From assembly GCA_964291625.2 (NCBI GenBank), contig OZ220089.1:3488001-3552000 (forward strand): 64,000 nucleotides of DNA. The letters run 5' to 3'. Position numbers and translations under genes: made by a program. The notes below the pieces were generated by a model. It was not told the origin of the DNA. It made no database searches and worked only from the letters and a program-made list of their open reading frames with translations. This document shows positions 18,131-29,296 of the stretch, piece after piece. Position 1 is the first letter of the stretch, and every line of letters begins with the position of its first letter. This stretch comes from Candidatus Latescibacterota bacterium (GTDB taxonomy: Bacteria; Latescibacterota; UBA2968; UBA8231).

Positions 18131-19687
18131 ATGACGGCCGGCCCGGACCCGGTGGTCTCCGGCCCGGAGCCGTCCCGCGGCGACGAAGACGATCTGCGCG
18201 ACCTCGCCGGCGGCGCCCTGGTGGTGCTCGCCGGCAAGGCGGCGCGCCTGTCGCGCGGCGCCTTCCTGTGGGTGATCACCCTCCTCTGCGGCCTCGAGGT
18301 GGTGGGCCTCTACTCCATGGCCTGGGCCGTCTGCTCCACCCTCAACACCCTGGCCCGCTTCGGGCTGCAGCGCGGCGTCGTCTACCGGGTCACCGCCGCC
18401 CGCGCCTCGGGCGACCGGCGCCGGGAGAGCGCCGCCATCGCCGCCGGCCTGCTGGTGGCCGCCATCGCCGGGGTCGCCGTCGCCGCCGCCGTGACCCTGC
18501 TCGCCGACCGCATCGCCGCCTTCTACGACAAGCCCGTGGCCGGGGTCCTGCGGATCATGGCCTGGACCGCTCCCTGCCTGGCCCTGGGGTGCGTCCTCAC
18601 CGCCGCCACCCGGGCCCTGCGCATCATGCGCTACGAGGTCTACGTCCGCTCCGTGGCCGGGCCTCTCATCCTCTTCGCCGGGGGCACCGCCGTCGGCCTC
18701 GCCGGCCTCGGGCTCACGGCGATCGCCTGGGTGCAGCTGGCCATGGCCGCCGGCACCCTGCTGCTGGCGGCCTGGTATTTCCGGCGCCACTTCTCCCTCC
18801 TCGCGGCGGCGGGGGCGGCGGCCGGGAGACCGCCGCTGGGGCCCCTGACCCGCTTCTGCGTGCCCGTCACTCTCACCGACCTCCTCTACTCCCTGCTCGC
18901 GCAGCTCGACGTGCTCATGCTCGCCAAGTACGTCGATCCCTGGGTGGTGGCCGTCTACGTCCTCGCCCGCCGGGCGGCGAGCATCGTCCTCAAGGCGCCA
19001 CAGGCCTTCGACGCCATCTTCAGCCCCGTGGTCAGCGATCTCTCCCTCCGGCGCCGGGAGGCGGCCCTGGGGGACCGGTTCGCCACCGTGGCCCGCTGGA
19101 TCCTCACCGTGAACCTGCCGCTGGCCGGCTGCCTGCTGCTGCTGGGAGACCCGTTGCTGTCGCTGCTGGCCGCGGGGGGCCTCGACCTGGCCGGCCTGAC
19201 CCTGGCCCTGCGGGTGCTGGTGGTGCTGTGCATGGGCATGACCGTGCACAGCGTCTTCGCCGTCGCCGAGCCGCTGCTGGCCATGTCCGGGCGGCCGGGG
19301 CTCAACCTCCTCAACAACGGCCTGTGGCTGGCCCTGAACTTCGGCCTCAACCTGTGGCTGATCGAGGTCTGGGGCGCCCTCGGCGCGGCCCTGGGCGCCG
19401 CCGCGTCGATGCTCCTGGTCAACCTCTGGCGCCTCGGGCAGCTCTACGTGGTGCGCGGCATCTGGCCCCTGCGCCGCAGCCTCCTCAAGCCGCTGCTCGC
19501 CGCCGCGGCCGCCGCCGGAGCGGCGGCCTGGGTGCCGGGCGCCGCCGGGCCCGCCCTGGGGGCCGTGGCGGCGGCGGCGGTCTTCCTGCTGGTGTACGGG
19601 ATCGTGCTGGTCGCCCTGCGCCTCGAGAGCGAGGACCGCGCCCTGCTGGAGCGGGTGCGGCGCCGGGCGGCGGGGGGCCGCGGCTAG
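18131..19687 (+). CDS. Polysaccharide flippase (Wzx/MOP superfamily)
   Basis: About 14 TM; GLYSMA, QLDVLML, VAVYVLA, NLWLI..WGALGAA. Confidence 0.88.
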   Translation: MTAGPDPVVSGPEPSRGDEDDLRDLAGGALVVLAGKAARLSRGAFLWVITLLCGLEVVGLYSMAWAVCSTLNTLARFGLQRGVVYRVTAARASGDRRRESAAIAAGLLVAAIAGVAVAAAVTLLADRIAAFYDKPVAGVLRIMAWTAPCLALGCVLTAATRALRIMRYEVYVRSVAGPLILFAGGTAVGLAGLGLTAIAWVQLAMAAGTLLLAAWYFRRHFSLLAAAGAAAGRPPLGPLTRFCVPVTLTDLLYSLLAQLDVLMLAKYVDPWVVAVYVLARRAASIVLKAPQAFDAIFSPVVSDLSLRRREAALGDRFATVARWILTVNLPLAGCLLLLGDPLLSLLAAGGLDLAGLTLALRVLVVLCMGMTVHSVFAVAEPLLAMSGRPGLNLLNNGLWLALNFGLNLWLIEVWGALGAALGAAASMLLVNLWRLGQLYVVRGIWPLRRSLLKPLLAAAAAAGAAAWVPGAAGPALGAVAAAAVFLLVYGIVLVALRLESEDRALLERVRRRAAGGRG

Positions 19688-20766
19688 AGCAGCGAGTCGG
19701 CGGCGGCCTCGAAGCGGGTCATCTGGCCGCGCAGGTACTCGTAGTGCTCGCCGTCCTCCGGCTCGAGCTGGAGGCAGCGGCGCATCAGGGCGATCGCCTG
19801 AGCGGTCCGCCCCCGCCGGAAGAGGACCTCCGCGTAGGTGTCGAGGTAGACGACGTTGTCGGCGTCGCTCTTGACCGCGCGCAGGGACAGCTCCTGGGCG
19901 CGGTCGAGGCGCAGGCCCGCCTCGGCATACGTCCAGGCCAGGTTGTTGAGCACCAGGGGCGAGGGACGGCTCCGGGCGGCCGCCTTCTCGTAGTACTCGA
20001 TCGCCTGCTCCCGGAGGCCCGACTCGTAGTAGATCCCGGCGATGCTCGAAGCCGTCCGCTCCATGTCGTCGGCGTTGTCGAGGGCGCGGGCGAAGTGCCG
20101 GTGGGCGCGCTCCGGCTCCCCGGCCCGCAGGCGGCTCTCGCCGGCGCCCAGCAGCAGCAGGGGGTCGTCGGGATCGAGGCCGAGGCCGCTCTCCAGCACC
20201 CGGGCGGCATCGCCGGTGCGGTCCTCGTCGAGGTAGAGGCGGCTCAGCTCGTAGTGGGCGAAGGTGCGCGCGGGCCGGGGGGACGTCGAATCGGCGCTCT
20301 CCACCACCTCCTGGAGCCGGCGGAGCGCCTCTTCCCGGTCGCCGGCGGCGCCATGGGCCCAACCCAGGTTCAGGCGCAGCAGCCAGTGGCCGGGCCGGGC
20401 CTCTTCGAGCCGCTGCAGGGCCTCGAGGGCGAGGGCCTCCTGGCCCGACCCGGCGGTCAGGTCACGCAGGGCCCCGTAGAGGCGGGCGTCGTCCGGGTCG
20501 AGGCCCAGGGCGTGCTCGAGGGCGGCCACGGCCTCGTGGCGGGCGCCCAGGCCGGCGTGGGCGATGGCGGCGAGGAAGTGGGGCCGCGGGTCCCGGGGAC
20601 TCTCGCGCGCGGCCCGGCGGGCCGAGACGAGGGCGCGCTCGTGCAGGCCGCGCTCGGCGAACCACTTGGCCAGCTCGCCGTGGGGGACCGCGGGCATGCC
20701 GCAGTGGCTCTGTACCACGAAGACGGCGGCGGCGGCGCCGGCCCAGAGCTGCGGCGGAGGGCCCAT
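19684..20766 (-). CDS. TPR-repeat protein
   Basis: Multiple TPR units, e.g. VLNNLAWTYAE...YLDTYAEVLF. Confidence 0.85.
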   Translation of the reverse strand: MGPPPQLWAGAAAAVFVVQSHCGMPAVPHGELAKWFAERGLHERALVSARRAARESPRDPRPHFLAAIAHAGLGARHEAVAALEHALGLDPDDARLYGALRDLTAGSGQEALALEALQRLEEARPGHWLLRLNLGWAHGAAGDREEALRRLQEVVESADSTSPRPARTFAHYELSRLYLDEDRTGDAARVLESGLGLDPDDPLLLLGAGESRLRAGEPERAHRHFARALDNADDMERTASSIAGIYYESGLREQAIEYYEKAAARSRPSPLVLNNLAWTYAEAGLRLDRAQELSLRAVKSDADNVVYLDTYAEVLFRRGRTAQAIALMRRCLQLEPEDGEHYEYLRGQMTRFEAAADSLL

Positions 20767-20770
20767 GCGG

Positions 20771-21982
20771 TCAGTACTCGTGGCGGCAGGCGTAGATGTG
20801 CAGCATCAGGCCCACGGCGAAACAGTTGGTCAGCAGCGAGGAGCCGCCGTAGCTGAGGAAGGGCAGGGGCAGGCCGGTGATCGGCATGACGCCGATGGTC
20901 ATGCCCACGTTGACGAAGACGTGGAAGGTGAGCATCGAGGCCAGGCCCACGGCCAGCAGGCTGGAGAACCGGCTGTTGGCCAGGGTGGCGATTTGCAGGC
21001 AGCGGCAGATGATGATGAGGAAGAGGACGAGGATGGCGGCGCCGCCGAGGAAACCGAACTCCTCGCCGATGACGGAGAAGATGAAATCCGTGTGGGCCAC
21101 CGGCAGGAACTCGTAGTTGGTCTGCGTGCCCTGCAGGAACCCCCGGCCCGTGGGCCCCCCCGAACCGATGGCGATCTTCGACTGGATGATGTTCCAGCCG
21201 GCTCCCAGGGGGTCGCTCTCGGGGTCGAGGAAGGTGAGGATTCGGGCCTTCTGGTAGTCGTGGAGGAGGTTGGTCCACAGGGCGGTGGCCAGCCCCGCGG
21301 ACAGGTTGACGAAGAGCATGGTGAAGGTCATCCACAGCCGCGCGAGCTGGACCTGGATGACGACCGAGCTGGCGATGATGTAGAGGGCGAAGATGACCGG
21401 CGCCCGGCTCTGCCACAGGGGTTCGAAGGAGAAGAACACGCTCAGGGCCGGGGCCAGGAGGAAGAAGATGTACAGGGGCCTCACCCCCGCCCAGTAGAGC
21501 ATCGGCACGAAGGCGGCCCCGTAGGAGACGGCCGTGCCCAGGTCCGGCTGATGGCGCACCAGGAGCATGGGCAGGGCCGGCAGGAGCAGGGCATGGGCGA
21601 TCGCCCGGGGCCGTCCGGCCTGCTCGGAGGATCGATCCGCGAGGAACCGGGCCAGGGCCAGGATGACGCCGATCTTGGCGAACTCCGACGGCTGCATTCG
21701 CAGCGGGCCCAGGGCCAGCCAGCGGGCCGGCTCGCCGGAGCCCCAGACCAGCACCAGGAGCAGGCTCACGACGCCGGCGGCGTACACCGGGTAGGCGATC
21801 TCGTAGAAGGCCGTGGTGGGCACGTAGGCCACGGCCAGGGCCGCGGCCAGGGCGACGATGGCGACCACGGCCTGATGGCGCCACAGTCCGGAGCCGGCGG
21901 CGCTGTAGATCATGGTGACGCCGCAGGCGATGATGGCGGCCGCGGCGAGGACCAGAACCAGGTCGAACTCACGGGCCCTCAC
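20771..21982 (-). CDS. rodA: Rod shape-determining protein RodA (SEDS glycosyltransferase)
   Basis: QPSEFAK, QPDLGTA, QSKIAIGSGG, HTDFIF, GLPLPFLSYGGSS; GTG 21982; downstream of PBP2. Confidence 0.95.
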   Translation of the reverse strand: MRAREFDLVLVLAAAAIIACGVTMIYSAAGSGLWRHQAVVAIVALAAALAVAYVPTTAFYEIAYPVYAAGVVSLLLVLVWGSGEPARWLALGPLRMQPSEFAKIGVILALARFLADRSSEQAGRPRAIAHALLLPALPMLLVRHQPDLGTAVSYGAAFVPMLYWAGVRPLYIFFLLAPALSVFFSFEPLWQSRAPVIFALYIIASSVVIQVQLARLWMTFTMLFVNLSAGLATALWTNLLHDYQKARILTFLDPESDPLGAGWNIIQSKIAIGSGGPTGRGFLQGTQTNYEFLPVAHTDFIFSVIGEEFGFLGGAAILVLFLIIICRCLQIATLANSRFSSLLAVGLASMLTFHVFVNVGMTIGVMPITGLPLPFLSYGGSSLLTNCFAVGLMLHIYACRHEY

Positions 21983-23742
21983 GCTCCCCCTTCCCCTTCC
22001 CCTTCCGCGGCGGGAGCCGCCGCCATGGAGCCCTTGTCGACGCGGCCGGCCAGCCACGCCTCGAGGACGGCGCGCACCACCGGCGCGGCCACGGCGCCGC
22101 CGCCGCCGCCGCCTTCGACGACGGCGACGACGGCGATCTCGGGGCGATGGTACGGAGCGAAGGCGACGAACCAGGCGTCGTCGTCCCGGTTCGGGCCCTG
22201 GGCGGTCCCCGACTTGCCGGCGATCGCCAGGCCCTCGATCCGGGCTCTGCGGCCGGTGCCGCGGTCTCCGTGGACGACGCGGTGCATGGCGCGCCGCACG
22301 ATGCCGAGGGTCGAGGCCGAGAGGCCCTCGATCCGCCGGGCCGGCGGCGGCCGGCCGTGCAGGTGCGGGGTGACGAGATGACCGCCGTTGGCGAAGGCGG
22401 CCACGTAGCGGGCCACCTGCAGCGGCGTCACCAGGGTCTCCCCCTGCCCGATGACCAGGTTCATCAGGTACCCCAGGGCCCAGCCCTGACGGTCGGCGTA
22501 GAACTGGCGGTCGGGGAGCTGGCCGGAGACCTCGCCCGGGTTGAGGTCGATGCCGGTGGGGGAGCCGAGGCCGAGGCGCCGTCCGTAGTCGTGCCAGGCG
22601 TCGATCCCCAGGAGCTGGCCGAGGTGGTAGAAGTAGATGTTGCAGGAGGTCTCCATCGCCTCCAGGAGGCCGAGCTCGCCGTGCCCCCGGCGGCTGGCAC
22701 AGCGGAAGACGACATTGCCCATCGACATCGACCCGTAGCACCGGGGGAAGGTGGACAGGGTATCGGTGAGACCTCTCTCCAGCGCCGCCGCGGCGGCGAC
22801 CATCTTCAGGGTCGATCCGGGCGGATAGCGTCCGCGGATGGCGCGGTTGAGGAGGGGCCGGGCCGGGTCGCGCATCAGCCGCACGCGCTCGGCCTGGGCC
22901 CCGAAGGAGACGAAGGCGTTGGGGTCGAAGGAGGGGTGGCTCACCAGGGCCCGCACCGCCCCGGTGCGCACGTCGAGGGCGACGACGCTGCCGGCCAGCG
23001 AATCGGGCATCGCCTGCACCGCCGCCCGGTGCAGGTCCAGGTCCACCGTCAGCCGCAGGGAGCCGCCCGGCTGCGCCGGCCGCTCGCGGTCGGGGAAGGG
23101 GTGCTCGTTCTGGGTGCGCTGCTCGGCATCGACCTCGATGTAGGCCACCCCGTCCAGCCCTCGCAGGCTGGCCTCGAAGTCGCGCTCCAGCCCGGTCTTG
23201 CCGACGTAGTCTCCGGCCGCGTAGTGCGGTCCTCCACCCAGTTCCGACTCCTGCAGCTCACCCATGTAGCCGACCACGTGCGCCGTCAGGGGGCCGTGGG
23301 GATAGAGCCGCTGCGGCTCGATCTGCACCTGCAGGGCCCAGTCCTCGCTCAGGCGCTCCTCGACGATGGCCACGGTGCGGAAGTCGACGTCCCGTTTCAG
23401 GCGCAGCGTGCGCCGGCCGCGGTCGTAGCGAAGGGGGTGGCCGACGGCCTCCTCGAGAGCGGCGACGGCCATGGAGTCCACGGCGCGACGCCCCCGGGTC
23501 AGGAGGATGCCGTACGAGGCGCGGTCGCGCGCCAGGATCTCGCCGTCCCGGTCGAGGATCAGCCCCCGGGGCGCCTTCAGGCGCTTGCGGGCGATGCGGT
23601 TGTCCTCCGCGGCCTGGGCGTAGCCGGCGCCCTCCAGGATCTGCAGGTGGAACAGGCGCAGCAGGAGGATGGCGAAGAGCACGGCCACCAGGACCATCAG
23701 GCGGGTCCTGCGGAAGAAGCCCTCGAGGGCCTCGGGGTCCAT
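21979..23742 (-). CDS. mrdA: Penicillin-binding protein 2
   Basis: APRGLILDRDG, PGSTLK (SxxK), SCN, GKSGTA; between mreD and rodA. Confidence 0.95.
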   Translation of the reverse strand: MDPEALEGFFRRTRLMVLVAVLFAILLLRLFHLQILEGAGYAQAAEDNRIARKRLKAPRGLILDRDGEILARDRASYGILLTRGRRAVDSMAVAALEEAVGHPLRYDRGRRTLRLKRDVDFRTVAIVEERLSEDWALQVQIEPQRLYPHGPLTAHVVGYMGELQESELGGGPHYAAGDYVGKTGLERDFEASLRGLDGVAYIEVDAEQRTQNEHPFPDRERPAQPGGSLRLTVDLDLHRAAVQAMPDSLAGSVVALDVRTGAVRALVSHPSFDPNAFVSFGAQAERVRLMRDPARPLLNRAIRGRYPPGSTLKMVAAAAALERGLTDTLSTFPRCYGSMSMGNVVFRCASRRGHGELGLLEAMETSCNIYFYHLGQLLGIDAWHDYGRRLGLGSPTGIDLNPGEVSGQLPDRQFYADRQGWALGYLMNLVIGQGETLVTPLQVARYVAAFANGGHLVTPHLHGRPPPARRIEGLSASTLGIVRRAMHRVVHGDRGTGRRARIEGLAIAGKSGTAQGPNRDDDAWFVAFAPYHRPEIAVVAVVEGGGGGGAVAAPVVRAVLEAWLAGRVDKGSMAAAPAAEGEGEGGA

Positions 23743-23748
23743 GGCGGG

Positions 23749-24234
23749 CTAGTGGGCGATCACCCGTCGGCGCAGGCGGATCGCCAGGGCGGCGATCAGA
23801 CCGATGACACCGGTGTAGAGGGCGCGCCCGAGGCCGAAGCGGTACATCATGCCGGGCACCTCCTCGAAGGAGGTGGAGCTGGCGCCGACGTAGTAGATGA
23901 GATCGTGGACGAGCACGGCGGCCACGAGCACGCCCACCTGCACCTGGACGGTGTCGGCCAGCAGGCTGTCGCGGGCGGCTCCGACGCCGAACCCCACGAG
24001 CGACTTGGCCAGGGCGTTCAGGCCCAGGTCCGGGGGGGAGTAGGCATCCTGGCAGAGGCCGGCCAGGAAACCCAGGACCGTCGCCTCCAGGTGGCCCGAC
24101 ATGAGGGCGATGAAGACGACCGCCGTGAGCACGAGATCGGGCAGGATCCCGGCGATCTGCAGGTGGTGGATCCAGGTGGACTGGAGGACGAAGGCCAGGG
24201 CGAGGAAGAGGACGTGGCGCGCAACGGCGAGCAT
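23749..24234 (-). CDS. mreD: Rod shape-determining protein MreD
   Basis: 161-aa hydrophobic protein, PDLVL, GFLAGLCQD, GLNAL; directly upstream of mrdA. Confidence 0.88.
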   Translation of the reverse strand: MLAVARHVLFLALAFVLQSTWIHHLQIAGILPDLVLTAVVFIALMSGHLEATVLGFLAGLCQDAYSPPDLGLNALAKSLVGFGVGAARDSLLADTVQVQVGVLVAAVLVHDLIYYVGASSTSFEEVPGMMYRFGLGRALYTGVIGLIAALAIRLRRRVIAH

Positions 24235-26237
24235 CAGGGCCCCTCGGCCGCCTCGCCGACGGGGATGTGCAGCTCCATGCCGATGAGCAGGGACGACGAC
24301 AGGCTCAGGTTGTTCTGGCGGGCGATATCGGCGACGTCGACGCCGAAGCGGCGGGCGATGCCGTAGAGCGTGTCCCCCCCCACCACGGTGTAGGAGCCGC
24401 CCCCCGCCGAGGCGGCGTCGGCCAGGTACAGGCTCTGCCCCGGCCGGATGACGTCGTCGGCGAGCCCGTTCCACGAACGGAGGTCGGCCACCGTCACCTG
24501 GTGAGTCCGCGAGATCGACCACAGCGACTCGCCCTGGCGGACGGTGTGCACGCGGCGGCCGGCGCGGACCGCCGGGGCGGGGGCATCGCCTCCGGCGGGC
24601 GCTGGCTGGCGGGTCACCAGCGCGCCGCGGCCCACCTTGAGCCTCTGCCCCGGCTGCAGGAGGTTGTCGGCAAGCCCGTTCCAGGCGCGCAGGTCTTCCA
24701 CGCGGACGCCGTAGCGCCGGCCGATCGACCACAGCGACTCGCCGGAGCGGACGGTGTGCACCGCGCCCCCCTCCGGCGCCGGGCCCGGGCCCGGGATGGC
24801 GGCCCCCCTCACGATCGGGACCACCAGGGTCCGGCCGGGATGGATGAGGGCGCGCCCGGAAAGCCCGTTGGCCTCGGCCAGCCGCCGGTGGTCGACCCCG
24901 AAGGCGCGGGCGATGCTCCAGAGATTGTCGCCTTGGCGGACCGTGTACCTCGCGACCCCCCGCTTCTCCGACTTGGGCAGCCGCGCGAGGGCGGCCAGGA
25001 AGTCGTCGCCGCGGCCCTCGGGCACCTTGAGCAGGTAGCCGCTCTCGGGCCAGGGGGGGGTGAAGAGGCTGCGCAGCTCCGGATTGAGGTTGCGCAGGAG
25101 GCTCACCGACACGCCGAGGAGCCGGGCGGCGGTGTGCAGATCGATCAGCTCTCGCAGCCGGACGTGTTCCCAGAGGATGGGCGGATCCGGCTCGACCGGC
25201 TCGAAGCCGAAGCGCTGCGGGTCCTTGGAGATGACCGCCGCGGCCATGATCAGGGGCACGTAGTTGCGGGTCTCCCGGGGCAGGGGGAGCTGCCAGAAGT
25301 CGGTCGTGCCCGCCCGCTGGATGGCCCGGCTCACCCGGCCGCGGCCGGAGTTGTAGGCGGCCGCCGCCAGTCGCCAGTCGCCGAACTCGGCGTACAGGCC
25401 CTTCAGGTGCTGGACGGCGGCGCGCGTGGATTTCACCGGGTCGCGGCGCTCGTCGACCCAGCTGTCGATCACCAGCCCCTCGAGGCGGCCGGTCTGCCGG
25501 ATGAACTGCCACAGGCCGGAGGCGTGGGCCCGCGAGTAGGCCCGCGGGTTGAAGCCGCTCTCGATCATGGACAGGTAGAACAGGTCCTCGGGCAGCCCTT
25601 CCTCGCGCAGGATGGGCAGGATCAGGTCGCGGTAGCGCCCCGCCCGCCGGGTCCAGGTCTGCCAGGTCTCGCGGGCGCGGGTCTGGAAGAAGTGGATGCT
25701 GGCGGCGACGCGGTCGTTGGCGTCGATGGGGAAGTCGCATCGGGGGGCCATCTGGTGGATGCGTACGACGGGGACGGCGTCCTCCGGCAGCTCCTCCAGG
25801 ATCTCGTCGGCCAGCTCGGACAGCACGAGGGACAGGGGGCTGTCGGGGGAGAGGTGCTCGACGAAGGGCAGGACCTTCAGGTAGGCGCGCCCGAGGTCGG
25901 CGGCCAGGGCGTCGACCTCGGCCTGGCCGTCGCGCTCGCCGAGCTCGTCGAGGATGGGGCTGCCGTCGACCAGGGCCAGCGTATAGTAGGCCTGGTCCAG
26001 CTCCTCGCGGGCCCGGTCGTGGCGCTCGGACCGGAGCTCGTCGAGGGCGCGCAGCCAGCGCCAGCGGGCCTCGCGCAGGGCGGCGTCGAACTCGGGCTCG
26101 CGGGAGGGATCGACCTCGACGGCGGGGGGGCCGGGCGCGGGGGCGGCCTCGGGGGCCGGCTGCCCGGGCGCCTGGAGGCTGGCGCAGGCGGTCCACTGGA
26201 CCGCGGCGGCGGCGATGACGGCGGACAGGACCCTCAA
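24234..26237 (-). CDS. mltD: MltD-like lytic transglycosylase with four LysM domains
   Basis: IESGFNPRAYSRAHASGLWQF, AAYNSG, LPRETRNYVP; four TVxxGD/ESL LysM repeats; TTG 26237 overlaps upstream stop. Confidence 0.9.
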   Translation of the reverse strand: MRVLSAVIAAAAVQWTACASLQAPGQPAPEAAPAPGPPAVEVDPSREPEFDAALREARWRWLRALDELRSERHDRAREELDQAYYTLALVDGSPILDELGERDGQAEVDALAADLGRAYLKVLPFVEHLSPDSPLSLVLSELADEILEELPEDAVPVVRIHQMAPRCDFPIDANDRVAASIHFFQTRARETWQTWTRRAGRYRDLILPILREEGLPEDLFYLSMIESGFNPRAYSRAHASGLWQFIRQTGRLEGLVIDSWVDERRDPVKSTRAAVQHLKGLYAEFGDWRLAAAAYNSGRGRVSRAIQRAGTTDFWQLPLPRETRNYVPLIMAAAVISKDPQRFGFEPVEPDPPILWEHVRLRELIDLHTAARLLGVSVSLLRNLNPELRSLFTPPWPESGYLLKVPEGRGDDFLAALARLPKSEKRGVARYTVRQGDNLWSIARAFGVDHRRLAEANGLSGRALIHPGRTLVVPIVRGAAIPGPGPAPEGGAVHTVRSGESLWSIGRRYGVRVEDLRAWNGLADNLLQPGQRLKVGRGALVTRQPAPAGGDAPAPAVRAGRRVHTVRQGESLWSISRTHQVTVADLRSWNGLADDVIRPGQSLYLADAASAGGGSYTVVGGDTLYGIARRFGVDVADIARQNNLSLSSSLLIGMELHIPVGEAAEGP

Positions 26238-27055
26238 GGCCGCTCCTCCGCCGGGATGACGATCTCCGCCTGGATCCGGGTGGCGCTGGGGTAACCCAGC
26301 CGGCGGCAGCGGTCGGCGAACTGCTGCGCCGCCGCGGAGGTGCGGAAGCTGCCGGCCAGGATCTTGTACCACGGCTCCTCGAAGCGGATGTCCAGGTCCT
26401 GGCGCTCGAGCCGGGCCGCGGCCCGGTCGCGCAGGCCGCGGGCGTCCTCGTGGCGCTTGTGCTGGGCGATCAGGACCCGCCATCCCTGGAGGCGCACCAT
26501 CTCGGGCGGCGGCTCCTCGGTGGCGGCGGGGGCCTCGACCTCCTTCGCCTCGGGAGCTTCGACCTCGTCGAGTTCCTCGGGCGCGGCGGACGGCGGCGCC
26601 TCGGCCTCGGGGGCCGCGGCGGTGCTGTCGGCGACGACGAAGGCCTGGGAGAAGTCCCTGCCCAGGGCGGCCAGCTCCCGGCGCAGGCGGTCGGCCCCGG
26701 CGCGGTCGGCGAAGCGGCCGGCGACCACCGAGTGGAGCCCTCCGTGGGGGACGACGTCGACGGCCAGCCCCAGGCGGCTTCCGAGGCCGGCGGCGATCTC
26801 CCGCGCCGCCTCCTCCCGGCTCAGGCTGATGACCTGCACGCGCCAGGCCGTCCCCAGCGAGTCGGAGGCCCCCCCGGGGGTGGCCGCGGCGGGCCGGGGC
26901 AGCAGCTCCGGCGGTGCGAACCGCGGCTGGATGAGGACGAGGTCCTCGCGGTACCGGGCCGGATCGAAGTCGTCGCGAAACTGCGAGGCGGCCGGGTGGG
27001 CCAGGGCGGCGATGGTCAGGCCGCCGAGGAAGGCGACCGCCCGGGTGCGCGCCAT
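26234..27055 (-). CDS. Secreted protein with two SPOR domains
   Basis: Signal peptide; WRVQVISLS...GRFADR and GWRVLI...YKILAGSF...GYP SPOR-like repeats with an acidic linker. Confidence 0.8.
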   Translation of the reverse strand: MARTRAVAFLGGLTIAALAHPAASQFRDDFDPARYREDLVLIQPRFAPPELLPRPAAATPGGASDSLGTAWRVQVISLSREEAAREIAAGLGSRLGLAVDVVPHGGLHSVVAGRFADRAGADRLRRELAALGRDFSQAFVVADSTAAAPEAEAPPSAAPEELDEVEAPEAKEVEAPAATEEPPPEMVRLQGWRVLIAQHKRHEDARGLRDRAAARLERQDLDIRFEEPWYKILAGSFRTSAAAQQFADRCRRLGYPSATRIQAEIVIPAEERP

Positions 27056-27057
27056 CC

Positions 27058-28115
<1,058 letters not shown>

Positions 28116-28119
<4 letters not shown>

Positions 28120-28523
28120 CCGCGGCCCTCCTCCGTCACCACGGCGTCCCCCGCGGCCGGCTGCTCCTCCTCCCAGCCGTCGGGCAGGCGCGTCGCCGGG
28201 GCGTCGCCCCACAGGCGTTCGAGCCCGTAGAACTCGCGCGCCTCCCGGCCGAAGATGTGGACGACCACGTCGACGAAGTCGACGAGGACCCAGCGCAGGG
28301 ACTGGCGGCCCTCGACGTGCCACGGCCGGTGCCCCTGTCGGCGCAGCTGGTCCACGAGGTCGTCGGTCAGGGACCGGATGTGGGGCTCGGAGGTGCCAGA
28401 GCAGAGGACGAAGTAGTCGGCGGTGTCGCTGATGCCGCGCAGGTCGATGACCACCAGGTCGAGGGCCTTCCTGTCGCGCAGGGTCTCGAGGATGGGCTCC
28501 AGCAGGGGGTCGGCGGCGGTCAA
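28116..28523 (-). CDS. rsfS: Ribosomal silencing factor RsfS (Iojap)
   Basis: DYFVLCSG, WVLVDFVDVVVHIF, REFYGLERLW. Confidence 0.95.
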
Positions 28524-28990
28524 TTCGACGCCCCGGAGGCGGAGTCGAACAGCCCCAGGCGACGGTAGTCGCGGCCGACGACGACGGTGATCGCCTCGAG
28601 CCGGTAGCCGTCGTCGCTGAGCTGCTGGATGGCTTCGGGAATCCCGAGGAGGTGGGCGACGTGGCGCGCCTTCTCGAGGTCGCCGTTGCGGTCGATGACG
28701 ACGGACTCGACGAAGTCGAAGCTGGAGGCGTTGCCCTCGTGGATGACGTCGAGTCCGAGGGACCGGGCCTTGTCGGTCATCCGCGCCGCCACCAGGGAGG
28801 CACCGCAGCCGTTGAGGACGGCCAACTGGAAGTCGTCCAGGGGGACGGGGGGGGAAACCTCGGCGGGCGGGGCCTGCGGCTGCGGCTGGGGCGCCGGGGC
28901 GTCCGGGGCCTGCGCCCGGGGCCAGAACTGGACTGCCAGCAGCGCCGTGCACGCCGCGCCCGCCAGCAGACAGAGGGCCTTCTCCTGCAC
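28520..28990 (-). CDS. LytR C-terminal domain protein
   Basis: TM, Pro-rich linker, VLNGCG...GNA...VVVGRDY; common neighbour of rsfS; start uncertain. Confidence 0.85.
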   Translation of the reverse strand: MQEKALCLLAGAACTALLAVQFWPRAQAPDAPAPQPQPQAPPAEVSPPVPLDDFQLAVLNGCGASLVAARMTDKARSLGLDVIHEGNASSFDFVESVVIDRNGDLEKARHVAHLLGIPEAIQQLSDDGYRLEAITVVVGRDYRRLGLFDSASGASN

Positions 28991-29094
28991 GTTCGGAAGC
29001 GGAATCCCGGTTAGCCCGAAAGGGGCGAGGAGGCCGCGAGCGACCGGAGGCCGGTCCGGGGGCGCACGCGAACCCCCCCCAACCTCCAATGACA

Positions 29095-29124
29095 ATTATG
29101 CCACCGGGAGCCGCCGGAAGTCAA
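29095..29124 (-). promoter_or_regulatory. Sigma70-type promoter TTGACT-18-CATAAT for the LytR_C-rsfS-...-rodA operon
   Basis: -35 at 29119-29124, TG-extended -10 at 29095-29100. Confidence 0.6.
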
Positions 29125-29143
29125 AGGGCGGCGAACAGCCGGC

Positions 29144-29296
29144 TCAGGCCGGAAGCAGCTCCATGCCGATGCGCGCCAGCAGGTAGGCCGCGGAGGCCGC
29201 CGTGAGAGCGCGGGCGACGCGGTCCACCGGGGCGGACGGCACCGAGACGAACCGCAACCGGGGCTGGATGACGATGTGCAGGGCAATGCTGAACAT
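29144..29296 (-). CDS. Small 50-aa hydrophobic protein, probably leaderless
   Basis: MFSIALHIVIQPRLRFVSVPSAPVDRVARALTAASAAYLLARIGMELLPA*; 47 of 50 codons end in G/C; ATG 6 nt after a -10 box; below ORF-track cutoff. Confidence 0.7.
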   Translation of the reverse strand: MFSIALHIVIQPRLRFVSVPSAPVDRVARALTAASAAYLLARIGMELLPA

